Assembly: GCA_963812605.1 (NCBI GenBank)
Contig: CAWEWF010000014.1
Coordinates: 288,001 to 352,000 of the forward strand
Length of the DNA stretch: 64,000 bases
Reading direction: 5' to 3'
From: an uncultured Verrucomicrobiae bacterium
GTDB lineage: Bacteria > Verrucomicrobiota > Verrucomicrobiia > Palsa-1439
In this document: piece after piece, positions 18,106 through 28,266 of the stretch
Layout: the number at the start of each line of letters is the position of its first letter
Position numbering within the stretch: position 1 is the stretch's first letter
The notes under the pieces: model-generated
What the model saw: the letters and a program-made list of their open reading frames with translations, nothing else
What the model was told of the DNA's origin: nothing
Databases searched by the model: none
Made by a program: the position numbers and the translations under genes

Positions 18106-20376
18106 ATGAGCGACAATCTACCAGCGGACGTGATCACGTTCGTGAATGCGGCCTTTCCGGCCGACGGCTTGAAAGTGGCGCTTCTTCTGGCCATTCTCAG
18201 TACGTGGGTTGTCATCAGTGTGTTTGCGTATCTCAACCTACAGGCCCGCAAATCCTATTTCCAGTCCTGGGCTGTGGCCTGGCTCTACTATTCCCTGTAT
18301 CTGGCGGCGGCATTCGGATTGGGGGAATGGTCCGGGTTGTCCCTGGTCCAGGCGTTGCGTTCCGCCTGCATTGGTATCAGTGCCCTGTGCCTGCTCTGGG
18401 GAAGTTTTCAATTGACCGGCCAGAAGCGCACCAATCGCGAACTCGGGCTGGGACTGGCGGTAATACTCGTCTGGAGTTGCGTCGCTGTCTACCAATTGCT
18501 GAACCGCCTCTGGATCACCATGCCCGTGTTTTTGTTCCTGGCGATCGCGAGTGGCTACGCGGGCGTGGTCAGCCGAAAACAATGTCCGCGCGGTGCAAAA
18601 TTATTGACGACCGGTTTCTTGCTGTGGCCCCTGCCATTGCTGACTTTCCCCTTCCATAATTCCGCGTGGCCCGGTTTGATGACGGCGGCTTATCTCGCGT
18701 CAGCGGCGCTTGCCTTGTGTATCGCGATGGGAATGTTCATCCTGACACTGGAAGAAGCGCGGACGCGCAACGAGACGTTGACCAACGAACTCAATACGGG
18801 CGCCGCCCATCGCCGCTTGCTCGAGCAGGAGATCAGCGTTTCCGAACAGAAGTATCGGCTGCTTTTTGATTCGGCCAGCGATGCCATCTTCCTGGTGGAT
18901 CTCGCGAGCCTGGACATCGTGGAAGCCAATCCCGCCGCGACGGAATTGGCGGGACGCGCCGCCGACAAGCTCATCGGGCGCTCGCTCCAGGATCTTTGCC
19001 CGAAATTACAGCCGCGCAGCGCGAGTCTCCTGGAAAATAAAAAAGTTGTGGAACGATTGTTCGACAGCGCGGGCGAGTTTCATCTCGTGCGGGGGCAGGG
19101 CGAGCAAATGCTTTGCGAAGGCAGCGCCACGCTCGTGGATTACCATCAGCGGGCCGTGATGCAAATGAATGCCCGCGAAATCACCGGGCGCAAGAAAATG
19201 GAGCAACAGTTGCGGCAGGCGGAAAAACTTTCGGCGCTCGGGCAATTGGTCGCGGGCGTCGCGCACGAATTGAACAATCCGCTCGCCGTGGTGATGGGCT
19301 ACGCGCAAATCCTGTCAAAATACAAGGCCATCGACGAAAAGGTGCGCAAGGATTTGCTGAAGATCCTTCGCGAGAGCGAGCGCGCCGCGAAGATTGTCCG
19401 CAACCTGCTGACCTTTGCGCGCCCGCGTGAGCCGCACATGTCCGTCATTGATGTAAATCGCCTGGTCGGCGAGGCCTTGGAAACCCGTGAAATCCAGGTC
19501 CACAGCGCGAATGTCCAGGTGCTGCGGCGGCTCGCGCCCGACCTGCCGGTGACGAATGCAGATGCCGACCAGATTGAGCAGGTACTGGCCAACCTGATGA
19601 CCAATGCGATCCAAGCGCTGGACAACCATCTTGGCAAACGCGTGATAGAGGTGACGACGGAGAAGCGGGGCGACAAGATTCGCATTGCCGTGGCCGACAG
19701 CGGTCCCGGTATTCCGCTGCAAATTCTCGACCGGATTTTTGATCCATTTTTTACGACCAAGGGGCCGGGGAAGGGGACCGGCCTGGGCCTGTCAATTTGC
19801 TACAGCATTATGGAAGAGCACAAAGGCAAGATCTGGGTCGAGAGCGAAGTCGGCAAAGGCGCGCGGTTCATCGCCGAATTGCCGGTGGTGATCTGTCACG
19901 ATTCAGTGAATGGAGGAGACAACGCGGGAGACGAGCGCGAATTGGATCCCGAGGCGCCGCAACGCCGGCTGTTGATCGTGGACGATGAGCCGGGCATTGT
20001 CGAGGTATTGCAGGAAGTACTCGCGAACAGTGGCTATCGCATCGAAACCGCGTCCAATGGCGCGAAGGCACTCAATCGTATTGCGTCCCAGGAATACGAT
20101 CTCATTATTTCCGACCTCTGCATGCCCGAAATGAGCGGCGAAAGGCTTCACGCTGCCATCCGCGAACATTATCCGCACATGTTGGATCGCATCATCTTCG
20201 TGACCGGCGACACCGTGAGCCCGGGTTCACGAACTTTCCTGGAACAAACCGGCGCGCGCTGGCTGAGCAAGCCGTTCAACATTTCTGAAATTGAGCGGAT
20301 CGTACGCAGTTACCTGCGCACCGAGCCTGTCAAAGCGGCCCGCAAAGGCGACGCCCGGGCAGCAGCGGTCGTGTAA
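18106..20376 (+). CDS. Hybrid sensor histidine kinase (multi-TM, PAS, HisKA, HATPase, REC)
   Basis: About 7 hydrophobic segments; PAS ([10 protein letters not shown]); AHELNNPL; NLMTNA, DSGPG, FFTTK, GTGLGL; receiver IVDDE...SDLCMP...SKP. Confidence 0.93.
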   Translation: MSDNLPADVITFVNAAFPADGLKVALLLAILSTWVVISVFAYLNLQARKSYFQSWAVAWLYYSLYLAAAFGLGEWSGLSLVQALRSACIGISALCLLWGSFQLTGQKRTNRELGLGLAVILVWSCVAVYQLLNRLWITMPVFLFLAIASGYAGVVSRKQCPRGAKLLTTGFLLWPLPLLTFPFHNSAWPGLMTAAYLASAALALCIAMGMFILTLEEARTRNETLTNELNTGAAHRRLLEQEISVSEQKYRLLFDSASDAIFLVDLASLDIVEANPAATELAGRAADKLIGRSLQDLCPKLQPRSASLLENKKVVERLFDSAGEFHLVRGQGEQMLCEGSATLVDYHQRAVMQMNAREITGRKKMEQQLRQAEKLSALGQLVAGVAHELNNPLAVVMGYAQILSKYKAIDEKVRKDLLKILRESERAAKIVRNLLTFARPREPHMSVIDVNRLVGEALETREIQVHSANVQVLRRLAPDLPVTNADADQIEQVLANLMTNAIQALDNHLGKRVIEVTTEKRGDKIRIAVADSGPGIPLQILDRIFDPFFTTKGPGKGTGLGLSICYSIMEEHKGKIWVESEVGKGARFIAELPVVICHDSVNGGDNAGDERELDPEAPQRRLLIVDDEPGIVEVLQEVLANSGYRIETASNGAKALNRIASQEYDLIISDLCMPEMSGERLHAAIREHYPHMLDRIIFVTGDTVSPGSRTFLEQTGARWLSKPFNISEIERIVRSYLRTEPVKAARKGDARAAAVV

Positions 20377-20420
20377 CCAGGAATCCTGCAGGCGATCAGG
20401 GAATCTGGAGGATTCCCGCC

Positions 20421-20591
20421 TTACAAACGCTCGCCGGTGGACTGGGAATCAATGACTGACTTGAGGCCCGTAAAAATGGCCCTGGAACAGTAGTCGTTGA
20501 TCGCGCGCGCATTGGTGATCGCGATGAGGACTGTGGCAGCGATCAGCGCAAGACCGACCCGTAATGATCTCTTCTTGTTTTCTTTCGACAT
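20421..20591 (-). CDS. Small 56-aa secreted or membrane protein (below the ORF-track cutoff)
   Basis: AGGAGG RBS, then MSKENKKRSLRVGLALIAATVLIAITNARAINDYCSR...GERL*; basic N-region, hydrophobic core and A-x-A site. Confidence 0.5.
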   Translation of the reverse strand: MSKENKKRSLRVGLALIAATVLIAITNARAINDYCSRAIFTGLKSVIDSQSTGERL

Positions 20592-20827
20592 ACCCTAACC
20601 TCCTGAATGTGCTTTGTCCCTTTTCCCGTCGCCCTGGCAATGGGACCTTGCCCGGCGCGTGAGCTGGATCAGTTCTCACGACCCATGTATTACGACAAGG
20701 AGCACTCCCGGCACAATCGGTGGGAAGACGGCTTTCTAGTAGGTGATTTGCCGAGAGGGGATGGGAACGGAGCCGAGAGGAAGGCGGAAGGAACACGCAA
20801 CATCTCTGCCAGCAACACCGGCAGAGA

Positions 20828-21242
20828 TCATGACGATTTTGTTCTACGAAAGATTCCCACCAAACCGCCGCCGAATATCAGTATTGCCGTGCCAAGCAGC
20901 GGATGTCCTTCCGGGTGCCGGATCGAATGTTTCAAATATTCCGCAGGATCAATCAGAAAGGCCACAAGATTGCCGATCACGCCGAAGGCTGGCCAAAGAA
21001 AGATAGGCCCCCCACAAGAGGAGTATGACCCAGCGCCGCCGCCGCGAGATAATGTCTTGATAACGGCTCTGTGCTCGAAGGATCTCGGCCTTCGCTGCGT
21101 CCCATTTCAGACCGGCCCGTTGGCACACCAAAACCACCAGTTCTTCGGGACGCCGTCCGTCACCAAGTTGCTTGACGATTTCCCTTTCGAACTCTCGATC
21201 CAACACCGGGCATTCCCCCAGCGTGATCGCGCCGGCCATCAA
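20828..21242 (-). CDS. Hypothetical membrane protein, frame break near 21010
   Basis: ORF 20949..21242 continues in another frame as AFGVIGNLVAFLIDP...LLGTAILIFGGGLVGIFRRTKSS* (stop at 20828). Confidence 0.4.
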
Positions 21243-21282
21243 CGGTCACGAGTGAGGAATCGTGCCGGCTACCACAAGTTGC

Positions 21283-21648
21283 TTACTTCGCGCCTTCGTT
21301 CATCTCCCAGAGCGCGAACACGTTGTTCTCTGTGTCCTGGCAGACGGCGAAGTAACCCATTTGTGGCACCGCTGTCTTGGGCATAAAAACTTTCCCGCCG
21401 AGTTTCTGGACCTTGGCGGTGTATTCATCCACCGACGGCACGCTGATGTAGTTGGTAATGCCCTGGTGTGGGTCCTGCCGCTTCATGATCGCGCCGTCGG
21501 GCGAGTCGTTACTGCCGCCCGTGTCCATGTGCCAGTATTCCTTCGGCCCCGGCATCTTGTCCATTTTCCAGCCGAACAACGACCCGTAAAACGTCTTTGC
21601 CCGCTCCACATTGTCCGCTCCGATATCAAACCATACGATGCTCGCCAT
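21283..21648 (-). CDS. VOC/glyoxalase family protein
   Basis: SIVWFDIGADNVERAKTFYGSLFGWK...YISVPSVD...GYFAVCQDTENNVFALWE; AGGAGG RBS. Confidence 0.88.
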   Translation of the reverse strand: MASIVWFDIGADNVERAKTFYGSLFGWKMDKMPGPKEYWHMDTGGSNDSPDGAIMKRQDPHQGITNYISVPSVDEYTAKVQKLGGKVFMPKTAVPQMGYFAVCQDTENNVFALWEMNEGAK

Positions 21649-22023
21649 ACCGTCGCCTCCTTTTCCGTGAAAAAGTTGTGGTTCCAGTTCTGCTTCGATT
21701 ATACGACAACCCATCGAAAACGTCTGGGAAAAAAGTGGCATTATCACCAATCCAAAAGCGGGCCTTCGACCAGGATTTTTTCCGAGGGGAAATCAAGACG
21801 GGGGATAAGGTGAAACTCAGGATGACACCACATCGTTCCGTGGTATTCTCCTTGAATGGCACACTTGTGAAGTCGCGCCCGGTTATTTTATGCATGGCTG
21901 CAGGAGTATTTGATTTGCAATCTGCATAGGAGAACAGTCATGCTTGGCTCACGGTGCGCATGAATTGCTGATGCCCATGAATTCACGAAGGACAATTCCT
22001 ATATACGGCGGCAACCCTGCTCA

Positions 22024-23268
22024 ATGAAACGTCTTCTGAGACTGGCGAGGACGTTCATTGGGGGCGGCGCTGGATCACTCTGGTTTGTTTCGGTCTTCCT
22101 CATGGCAAACGTGGCCTCCGTTCGGGCGCAGGATGTCACGGCCGTCTTCCCTGCGCCATCCGGACCTCTCACCGCGGGCGGTCGGGGCAGTCTTTGGCTC
22201 TACTGCATGAACAATTCATCCAATTCTATCCATCGAACTTTCGCCCCGAGTCTTAACTGCACACTTACGGCACAATCCATCTCGCTGGAAACAGTTCTCC
22301 TCTTAAACACCAACAGCAGTCCACTGGCGGCAACGATTCCGCCCGGCGGCTTCGTTAAAGAGGAATACCTGTTGGACCTTCCGTTAACCAGCAGTGGTCA
22401 GGTCACACTCGATATAGACAACTATAATCAAGTGCTGATTCTGGTGGGGCAGGGCGTTGTCGCGCCAGTCGTGGCCACGGATCTGCCGCCCACCTCAACC
22501 TCAACGCAAGCAGCACCCCCGACGGCTTCCAATTCCGACACGCGGGAGTTTTTCGCCAGTCATCTGTTCTTTTACGAGCCGATTTACTTCATTGCCGGCA
22601 CCACCCCCGCTGCTGAATTTCAGGTTAGCGTGAAATACAAGGTCCTTGACTTCAAGGACAACTGGAATCCTCTCACGCATTTCTACTTTGCCTATACGCA
22701 AACTTCGTTTTGGAACGCCTTCTCGAAGAATCCGTCCTTCTTCGACACCAGTTACAAACCGTCGATGTTCCTTTATTATCCTGACCTTTTTCAGAAGGGC
22801 TTCTTTCAACTCGACCTGCAAGGCGGTGTCGAACATGAATCGAATGGCCGTGGCGGCACCCTGGAGCGCAGCTTCAATACGTTTTATCTCCAGCCCAAGG
22901 CCACGTTTGACCTGCCCTGGAATTTACAGTTCTCCCTTCAACCGCGCGCGTGGGTCTACTTCCGCGTGGGCGACAACAATCCGGATATTGCCGACTTCCG
23001 CGGGTATGCCGATCTGATCAGCGCCCTGACCTGGCTCGATCCAAATTCCGGGGAGAGAATCCAGGTGTCCAATAAACTCCTCGTCGGCGATGAAGGCTCG
23101 CATGTCGGCCTGCTGTTCGATTTGCGATTTAATCTGGTTGGTTTGCCGGTCTTGCGTAAGTTCAACCCGTCAATTCAAGTGCAATACTTCACCGGCTTTG
23201 GCCAAAACTTGCTGGACTACAACGTAAGCACCCACGCCTTCCGTGCCGGCTTGTGCCTCTTTTATTGA
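22024..23268 (+). CDS. pldA: Outer-membrane phospholipase A (OMPLA) with an extra N-terminal domain
   Basis: FQVSVKY, YFAYTQTSFW, catalytic HESNG, NPDI, QYFTGFGQNLLDYN; ~150-aa extra N-terminal region. Confidence 0.8.
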   Translation: MKRLLRLARTFIGGGAGSLWFVSVFLMANVASVRAQDVTAVFPAPSGPLTAGGRGSLWLYCMNNSSNSIHRTFAPSLNCTLTAQSISLETVLLLNTNSSPLAATIPPGGFVKEEYLLDLPLTSSGQVTLDIDNYNQVLILVGQGVVAPVVATDLPPTSTSTQAAPPTASNSDTREFFASHLFFYEPIYFIAGTTPAAEFQVSVKYKVLDFKDNWNPLTHFYFAYTQTSFWNAFSKNPSFFDTSYKPSMFLYYPDLFQKGFFQLDLQGGVEHESNGRGGTLERSFNTFYLQPKATFDLPWNLQFSLQPRAWVYFRVGDNNPDIADFRGYADLISALTWLDPNSGERIQVSNKLLVGDEGSHVGLLFDLRFNLVGLPVLRKFNPSIQVQYFTGFGQNLLDYNVSTHAFRAGLCLFY

Positions 23269-23370
23269 GTCTGCGACAACACAAGAATGGCACCCATTCA
23301 AACGCCAGCAAGGCCGCGGTTCGCCTTTTCGCGAGCACTTGAACGGTTCAACTTGGAGTGCCAAATTCAT

Positions 23371-23663
23371 AAAATCGAACCCACTTTCTGATGAAAACGA
23401 CCCAAAAAACACCCCTGCGGTGGGTTCGTTTTCCAAAACGAACCCACCTGCAAACCGGCCCTGCAAACGACATAAGTAACTGACAATACCGGTGATACAC
23501 AAAAAACAGTCCGCCGAACCGGTGGGTTCGTTTCGCAGAATCGTATAGGGGCCCCCAAGCTGCGTACAGCGGCTTGGTCGCGCCGTCTTGTTCGCCATCT
23601 CGTCCGTAGTAGCCTTGGCGAAGACGGAAGCTCGAAGTGCGATGGCGGAAGCCTTGGCGAAGA
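23371..23663. repeat. Intergenic repeat-rich stretch
   Basis: Palindrome ggtgggttcgtttt-cc-aaaacgaacccacc (23419-23448) with extra half-sites near 23371 and 23521; direct repeat AGCCTTGGCGAAGA at 23611 and 23650. Confidence 0.55.
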
Positions 23664-23935
23664 AGGAACCGTCCTCGCGAAGTGGGCTCCGTCATTCACG
23701 CTCGCACCATACCCCACGCCATCACGCGTGTCCAGCAAAAATATCAATTACCGATATACGGGTGAGCTTGTCCGCCACCACATACACCAGCGCACCGCCG
23801 AAAGCCGATGAAGTGGTGCGTGGCATTGAGTCGGCCCGGGGAAGGCTCTGGCCATCCGCGCCGCCCTAACTAGAATCCTTCGCGGCTGCGGAATCGTTTC
23901 CCGCTGACCGTCATCGAAAGTGGTGGAGGAATACG

Positions 23936-24706
23936 ATGGCAAACGATGCGCCGACAAAAAAGCTCACGAACAAGGTTGCGGTGATCACAGGTGGCAACAG
24001 CGGCCTCGGTTTGGCCACGGCCAAGCGCTTCGTTGCAGAAGGCGCGCACGTCTTTATCACGGGTCGCCGTCAACCGGAACTGGACGCTGCCGTGAAAGAG
24101 ATTGGCCGCAATGTCACCGCGGTGCGCGGTGACATCTCCAATCTCGCGGACCTTGACCGGCTCTTCGGGACAATCAAGGAGCAAAAAGGCCGGCTCGACG
24201 TGCTCTTTGCCAACGCCGGCCTCGGCGAGTTTATGCCGCTGGGGCAGATCACGGAAGCGCACTTCGACAAAACATTCGGTGTCAACGTGAAGGGCACGCT
24301 CTTTACCGTGCAGAAGGCGCTGCCACTGATGCCCGAGGGCGCGACCATCGTGATCAACGGGTCGATGGTCTCGATCAAGGGCTTCCCGGCCTTCGGCGTT
24401 TATGCCGCAACCAAGGCGGCGTTGCGCTCGTTCGCGCGGACCTGGTCGGTCGATCTGAAAGACCACAAAATCCGCGTGAACGTCGTCAGTCCCGGCACCA
24501 TCATCACGCCCGGCTACAAGAACGAACTGGGCCTGAGCGACGAGCAGATCGAGCAGTTCAAGGCGCAGACCGCCGCCACCACGCCAGCGGGCCGCGTCGG
24601 CACACCCGATGAGATCGCCAAGGCGGTCGTCTTCCTCGCGTCCGACGACAGCAGCTATATCAACGGCATCGAACTCTTCGTGGATGGCGGTGCGGCGCAG
24701 ATCTAA
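23936..24706 (+). CDS. Short-chain dehydrogenase/reductase
   Basis: [32 protein letters not shown]; GGAGG RBS. Confidence 0.93.
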   Translation: MANDAPTKKLTNKVAVITGGNSGLGLATAKRFVAEGAHVFITGRRQPELDAAVKEIGRNVTAVRGDISNLADLDRLFGTIKEQKGRLDVLFANAGLGEFMPLGQITEAHFDKTFGVNVKGTLFTVQKALPLMPEGATIVINGSMVSIKGFPAFGVYAATKAALRSFARTWSVDLKDHKIRVNVVSPGTIITPGYKNELGLSDEQIEQFKAQTAATTPAGRVGTPDEIAKAVVFLASDDSSYINGIELFVDGGAAQI

Positions 24707-24774
24707 ACACGGTGTAGCCGCGCCTCTGTGAGGCGCGTACTCTTCGTGGATAGCGGCGTGGGGCAAATCTAAAC
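24673..24774 (+). repeat. 36-bp degenerate direct repeat of the SDR 3' end around a single GTAG REP
   Basis: 24673-24708 vs 24739-24774, 31/36 identical; the spacer contains GTAGc-cgcgcctc-tgt-gaggcgcg. Confidence 0.7.
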
Positions 24775-24782
24775 GGGAATCG

Positions 24783-26243
24783 CTAGGTACGACGCGTTGG
24801 TTTCGTCAGGGCCAGGACCAATCCAGTCCAGAGCGCCAGGGCCAACGTGAGCAAGGGAATTACCCACGTCGGTAGCAGAGAGTGTATTTCGGCAAGACTG
24901 CATCCATGCGCGGTCGCCATCCATACGTCCAGGCGCAGGTTCAAGATCACCAAGACTGCTCCCCAAGCCAAGGTTAGGTGACCGGCGACGGCTCGCATGG
25001 CCGCGATTCCGGTTAGTTTCCGAAGACTGAAGAACTTCCAGAAACCCAGCCCGACCATTAATCCTGTAATGATTCCGGCTGAGCCCAGGTCATGCACCTG
25101 CCAGGCCACCCAGACCAGCCACGAAAAAAAGGCCAGATAGGTGCCGGCCAACACCATCGCGCTTGTGCCTGACGTTAACGGTACTGCGGCGGGCCGGGGA
25201 ATTTCGACGGTTTTCTCGCTCTCGCGACGGATAGCCAGAAGCCGACGCATCATCACAATGGTCAATGTGGCTGCAAAGACAGTGTAGAACCACCAGTAGC
25301 CCGCCATCGCCAGAAAGAACGTCCGGTCACTCCACTGCAAATGCTGGCGCAGGGCATTCATGACAAACTGCCCGATGACGCCCCAGACCAGCACGAAAAC
25401 CCAAAGAGTGGTGAACGCAATCTTTTTGACCCGGCGTTCGGCTTCGGTCGGGGACGCGCGAACGACCAACCAATGGGCCGTGATTCCGCCAACGATGCCG
25501 ATGAGGGGCGCGAGCCATGCGCCCCAAAAACCCAACTTCGCCGCTGCGGAGCCCTTCGCGGTCGCGCCGGCGGTTGCGGTGGCCACCGAAACCGTTGTCA
25601 GTGGCAGCGCCGCCAGCACGGCGCCCGAAAATGCCTGGCCCGGCGCCGTCCGGCTCAAGGTTCCTTCCACGAACGCGATCACTTCTTCGTGCAGCAGCTT
25701 TCGGCCGCGCGAAAGCCGTTGCTTCACGGCATCCTCGCTCAATTCCAACTCCGCCGCGACGCGTTCGACCGACTGTTGTTCGCGGTAAAACAGAATCAAG
25801 GGCTCACGGTACGCATCGGGAATCTGTTCCAGCGCGCGCCAGAGAATCGCCTCTTCCTCACGGCTGACGGCTTGCGCCGACGGTGAGGGATCGGGGGATG
25901 GGAATTCCTGAATCGCCTCCTCGGATTCCGCGGCGTGAATGGGCTCACGGCCCTGTCGGCGGAGTTGTTTGCCGACCAGGAAACGAGTGATTCCACACAA
26001 CCAGGCGCGGAGTTGCGCGGGCTCGCGCAGTTCGGAAAGCTGCTTCCACGCCGCAACAAAGGTTTCCTGGGCGAGGTCTTCGCTCAGGGTCAGGCTGCCC
26101 GTCGCATTGTAGGTGATCGAGCAGACCAGGGATTGATACCGCTCGACGATCTTCCGAAAGGCGTCGCGGTCGCCTGTCAGGCTCCATTCCACCAGTTGCA
26201 CGTCGCTGTTCGCTACCGCAGACATTGTTCGGGTTGTCATCAT
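24783..26243 (-). CDS. ECF sigma factor with a C-terminal multi-TM extension
   Basis: Region 2 (AFRKIVERYQ, EDLAQETF, AWL) and region 4 (YREPLILFY, AVKQRLSRGR), then an Ala-rich linker and ~6 hydrophobic helices. Confidence 0.88.
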   Translation of the reverse strand: MMTTRTMSAVANSDVQLVEWSLTGDRDAFRKIVERYQSLVCSITYNATGSLTLSEDLAQETFVAAWKQLSELREPAQLRAWLCGITRFLVGKQLRRQGREPIHAAESEEAIQEFPSPDPSPSAQAVSREEEAILWRALEQIPDAYREPLILFYREQQSVERVAAELELSEDAVKQRLSRGRKLLHEEVIAFVEGTLSRTAPGQAFSGAVLAALPLTTVSVATATAGATAKGSAAAKLGFWGAWLAPLIGIVGGITAHWLVVRASPTEAERRVKKIAFTTLWVFVLVWGVIGQFVMNALRQHLQWSDRTFFLAMAGYWWFYTVFAATLTIVMMRRLLAIRRESEKTVEIPRPAAVPLTSGTSAMVLAGTYLAFFSWLVWVAWQVHDLGSAGIITGLMVGLGFWKFFSLRKLTGIAAMRAVAGHLTLAWGAVLVILNLRLDVWMATAHGCSLAEIHSLLPTWVIPLLTLALALWTGLVLALTKPTRRT

Positions 26244-26558
26244 ATCACCGTATAAGTACCGGGAAAGCCTGAAGAGGTGACAAGAAATGCGTCGAGGCCC
26301 TCCATCCGTAGGCTTAACCGCTCGCCGGGGTCGTGATCTAATAGATTGTTGCTCGGAGAGTGAGTCGATGGCTGGCGTTGCCCGAAGTAGCCCGAACCGA
26401 ACAATGCCCAGGTATGGCGAAATTGCCGGTATGTCAATGGCTCAAGATTATCAACGAAAAACAACCTTTGAAGGCACCCTTTCCGGTAGATGCGGGCATT
26501 TGATCTAACACTTTTGCGTGTCTACCGGGGACGTGTGGCCGTATCCGGTAATATTATG

Positions 26559-26966
26559 TTAGAGGCGTTCTTCAGTTCCCGAAATCTCAAGCTCGATAAC
26601 TGGCTTGAAGCCAGAAGGGAAATGGGGAGAATCCAAGGCTCCGAGCTGAATGCGTTCAAGCACCTCATCCGAAACTGGAGCGTTCGGGAAAAGGGCGCGT
26701 GGATAAAATGTCGGCCCCATGGCCTGGTCAATATGAACGGCCAAGCACATTGTTGCAGAAGCATAATTCACCACAGTCTCCTTTGAAACAAACGGATGAT
26801 CTCCGGGCTGCAAGACACATGAGCAATCTGACCACTCCTTCTTGCTGGTCAGATTTACGTGGATAACTTTCCCTTCGTGCTTTTCGGGGCTGGAAATGAC
26901 CACGTATAGATGGGGCTTACTACTGCTGCTTGGTTGCGCCAGAAAAGTGTCACCCGCATTTGGCAC
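26559..26966 (-). CDS. Putative toxin with a PemK/MazF-like pattern, partner of the Panacea antitoxin
   Basis: Starts 3 nt after the antitoxin stop; GDTFL...PHLYVVIS...VNLTS...LQPGDHPFV pattern recalls the MazF fold. Confidence 0.5.
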   Translation of the reverse strand: MPNAGDTFLAQPSSSSKPHLYVVISSPEKHEGKVIHVNLTSKKEWSDCSCVLQPGDHPFVSKETVVNYASATMCLAVHIDQAMGPTFYPRALFPNAPVSDEVLERIQLGALDSPHFPSGFKPVIELEISGTEERL

Positions 26967-26969
26967 GAC

Positions 26970-27530
26970 CTAGCGCCTGCATTGCAAGAGATTGTTCACA
27001 AAGTTCGCGTTCTCGATTTCGTCGGCTATCTCTTCTGCCTCATCGGGCGACCTGCCAACAGCCGTCAAAATCTCTTGGTAACTGATCTCTTGATGTCCAG
27101 CGCCGGGATTCTGCCACTCTGGAAATGTGTGCGTTACGTCTCGCAGCGTCCACCGCGTGTACTTTCCGTAGGACTTGAAAATTTCCGTTATCAGGTCAAT
27201 TTCGGCCTGAGAGAGCATTTCCGTCGAGGCGGCCTTTGTTAGCGACAATTCTTTCCCGGCGGTTGGCTCGCTGATGTATTGATGCCAATATGAAGCATCA
27301 TCAGGGCTTTCGTTCACCAAGTCCAAGACACCACTCAAAACCGGGCCGTGTTTCATCGAAAAGTAGGCATCGCCTGTGACTGGGAAACCCCATCGTCGGA
27401 TGGCTTCACGGTCAACGATGTAGAGAAGCTTTATCAGCTTCATGTAGCTCATCTTGTCCCCGCGAAGTGTCAGGAGCAGGGCCGCCGCCTGAGTGGTCTT
27501 TTCCTCGTTGAAATGGGCTTGCACAATCAA
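26970..27530 (-). CDS. Panacea-domain (DUF4065/SocA-like) antitoxin
   Basis: MKLIKLLYIVDR, YFSMKHGPV, LRDVTHTFPEW. Confidence 0.85.
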   Translation of the reverse strand: MIVQAHFNEEKTTQAAALLLTLRGDKMSYMKLIKLLYIVDREAIRRWGFPVTGDAYFSMKHGPVLSGVLDLVNESPDDASYWHQYISEPTAGKELSLTKAASTEMLSQAEIDLITEIFKSYGKYTRWTLRDVTHTFPEWQNPGAGHQEISYQEILTAVGRSPDEAEEIADEIENANFVNNLLQCRR

Positions 27531-27621
27531 AGTGTAGCACCACCCAATATGAGCCGCAAGGCGCGATTTAGTGTGTATATGTAGTCTATTACGCGCAAAG
27601 GTCTTGAGTCAAAATTAGCCG

Positions 27622-27849
27622 GAACGCACGAATTTGACCGTCAGACGTTTTAACAAGCGGTTTGCTCGCCTAGGTCTTGGCCGGTCAAGGAAACTACAGA
27701 ACCACAAGGCTGCTATCAGCCTGTTTGTGGCCGTGTTCAACTTCTGAAAAGTTCACAACACGCTAGGCACAACACCGGCTCATGGCGCGGAGATCACAGA
27801 CGGGCCGTGGACTGTCGAGAAGCTGATTGAGGAAGCCACAAACTACTAG
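27622..27849 (+). pseudogene. IS1-family transposase C-terminal relic
   Basis: ERTNLTVRRFNKRFARL...RKLQNHKAAISLFVAVFNF*KVHNTLGTTPA...ITDGPWTVEKL; internal TGA at 27745; N-terminus missing; not in the ORF track. Confidence 0.75.
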
Positions 27850-27881
27850 GAACTTGCTTCCCAAGGCGCTAGTCTTGGGCC

Positions 27882-28166
27882 ATGAAAATCACCACTACAG
27901 TCGTTTCCGCTGCAATAATAGGCGGCTGTCTTCTTATGGCCGCCATTGTCTATGCTCAGACCGAGAAAAGCACCGCAACCGTAGCAATCTCACAACGGTA
28001 TGTTTTGTTCACTGGTACATATCTCTCGTCCACTGGTGCAGGCGCTGTGTCATTACAGGGAGTTTTCAAGCTCGATGTTTCAACCGGCAGGACATGGGAA
28101 TACGTAGAGGGTTTTGATTCTCAAAAGAAACTGGTGACGAGGTGGGCTCCGATCAGCGAACCCTAG
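27882..28166 (+). CDS. Small secreted hypothetical protein
   Basis: Signal peptide ending VYA-Q; FKLDVSTGRTW; stops just inside the right inverted repeat. Confidence 0.6.
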   Translation: MKITTTVVSAAIIGGCLLMAAIVYAQTEKSTATVAISQRYVLFTGTYLSSTGAGAVSLQGVFKLDVSTGRTWEYVEGFDSQKKLVTRWAPISEP

Positions 28167-28223
28167 CGAGTAGCAGCAATCTATTAGCCCACGACCCCTC
28201 CCGGCGCTGTAGATTTTCACGGC

Positions 28224-28252
28224 TTGCTTCGACGCAGACGGCCCGGTATCAT
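28224..28252 (+). promoter_or_regulatory. Sigma70 promoter of gmd
   Basis: TTGCTT-N17-TATCAT, 14 nt before the ATG. Confidence 0.5.
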
Positions 28253-28266
28253 CCGCCGCTACCGCT

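Larger units (their letters stand above)
26327..28198. mobile_element. 1.87-kb cassette bounded by 27-bp imperfect inverted repeats
   Basis: GGGGTCGTGATCTAATAGATTGTTGCT (26327-26353) vs the reverse complement of 28172-28198, GGGGTCGTGGGCTAATAGATTGCTGCT: 24/27 identical. Interior is lower GC; no clear target-site duplication. Confidence 0.6.

Noticed and set aside
23371-24774. CRISPR array
   Set aside because: Repeats occur only two or three times with irregular spacing and no cas genes are present.
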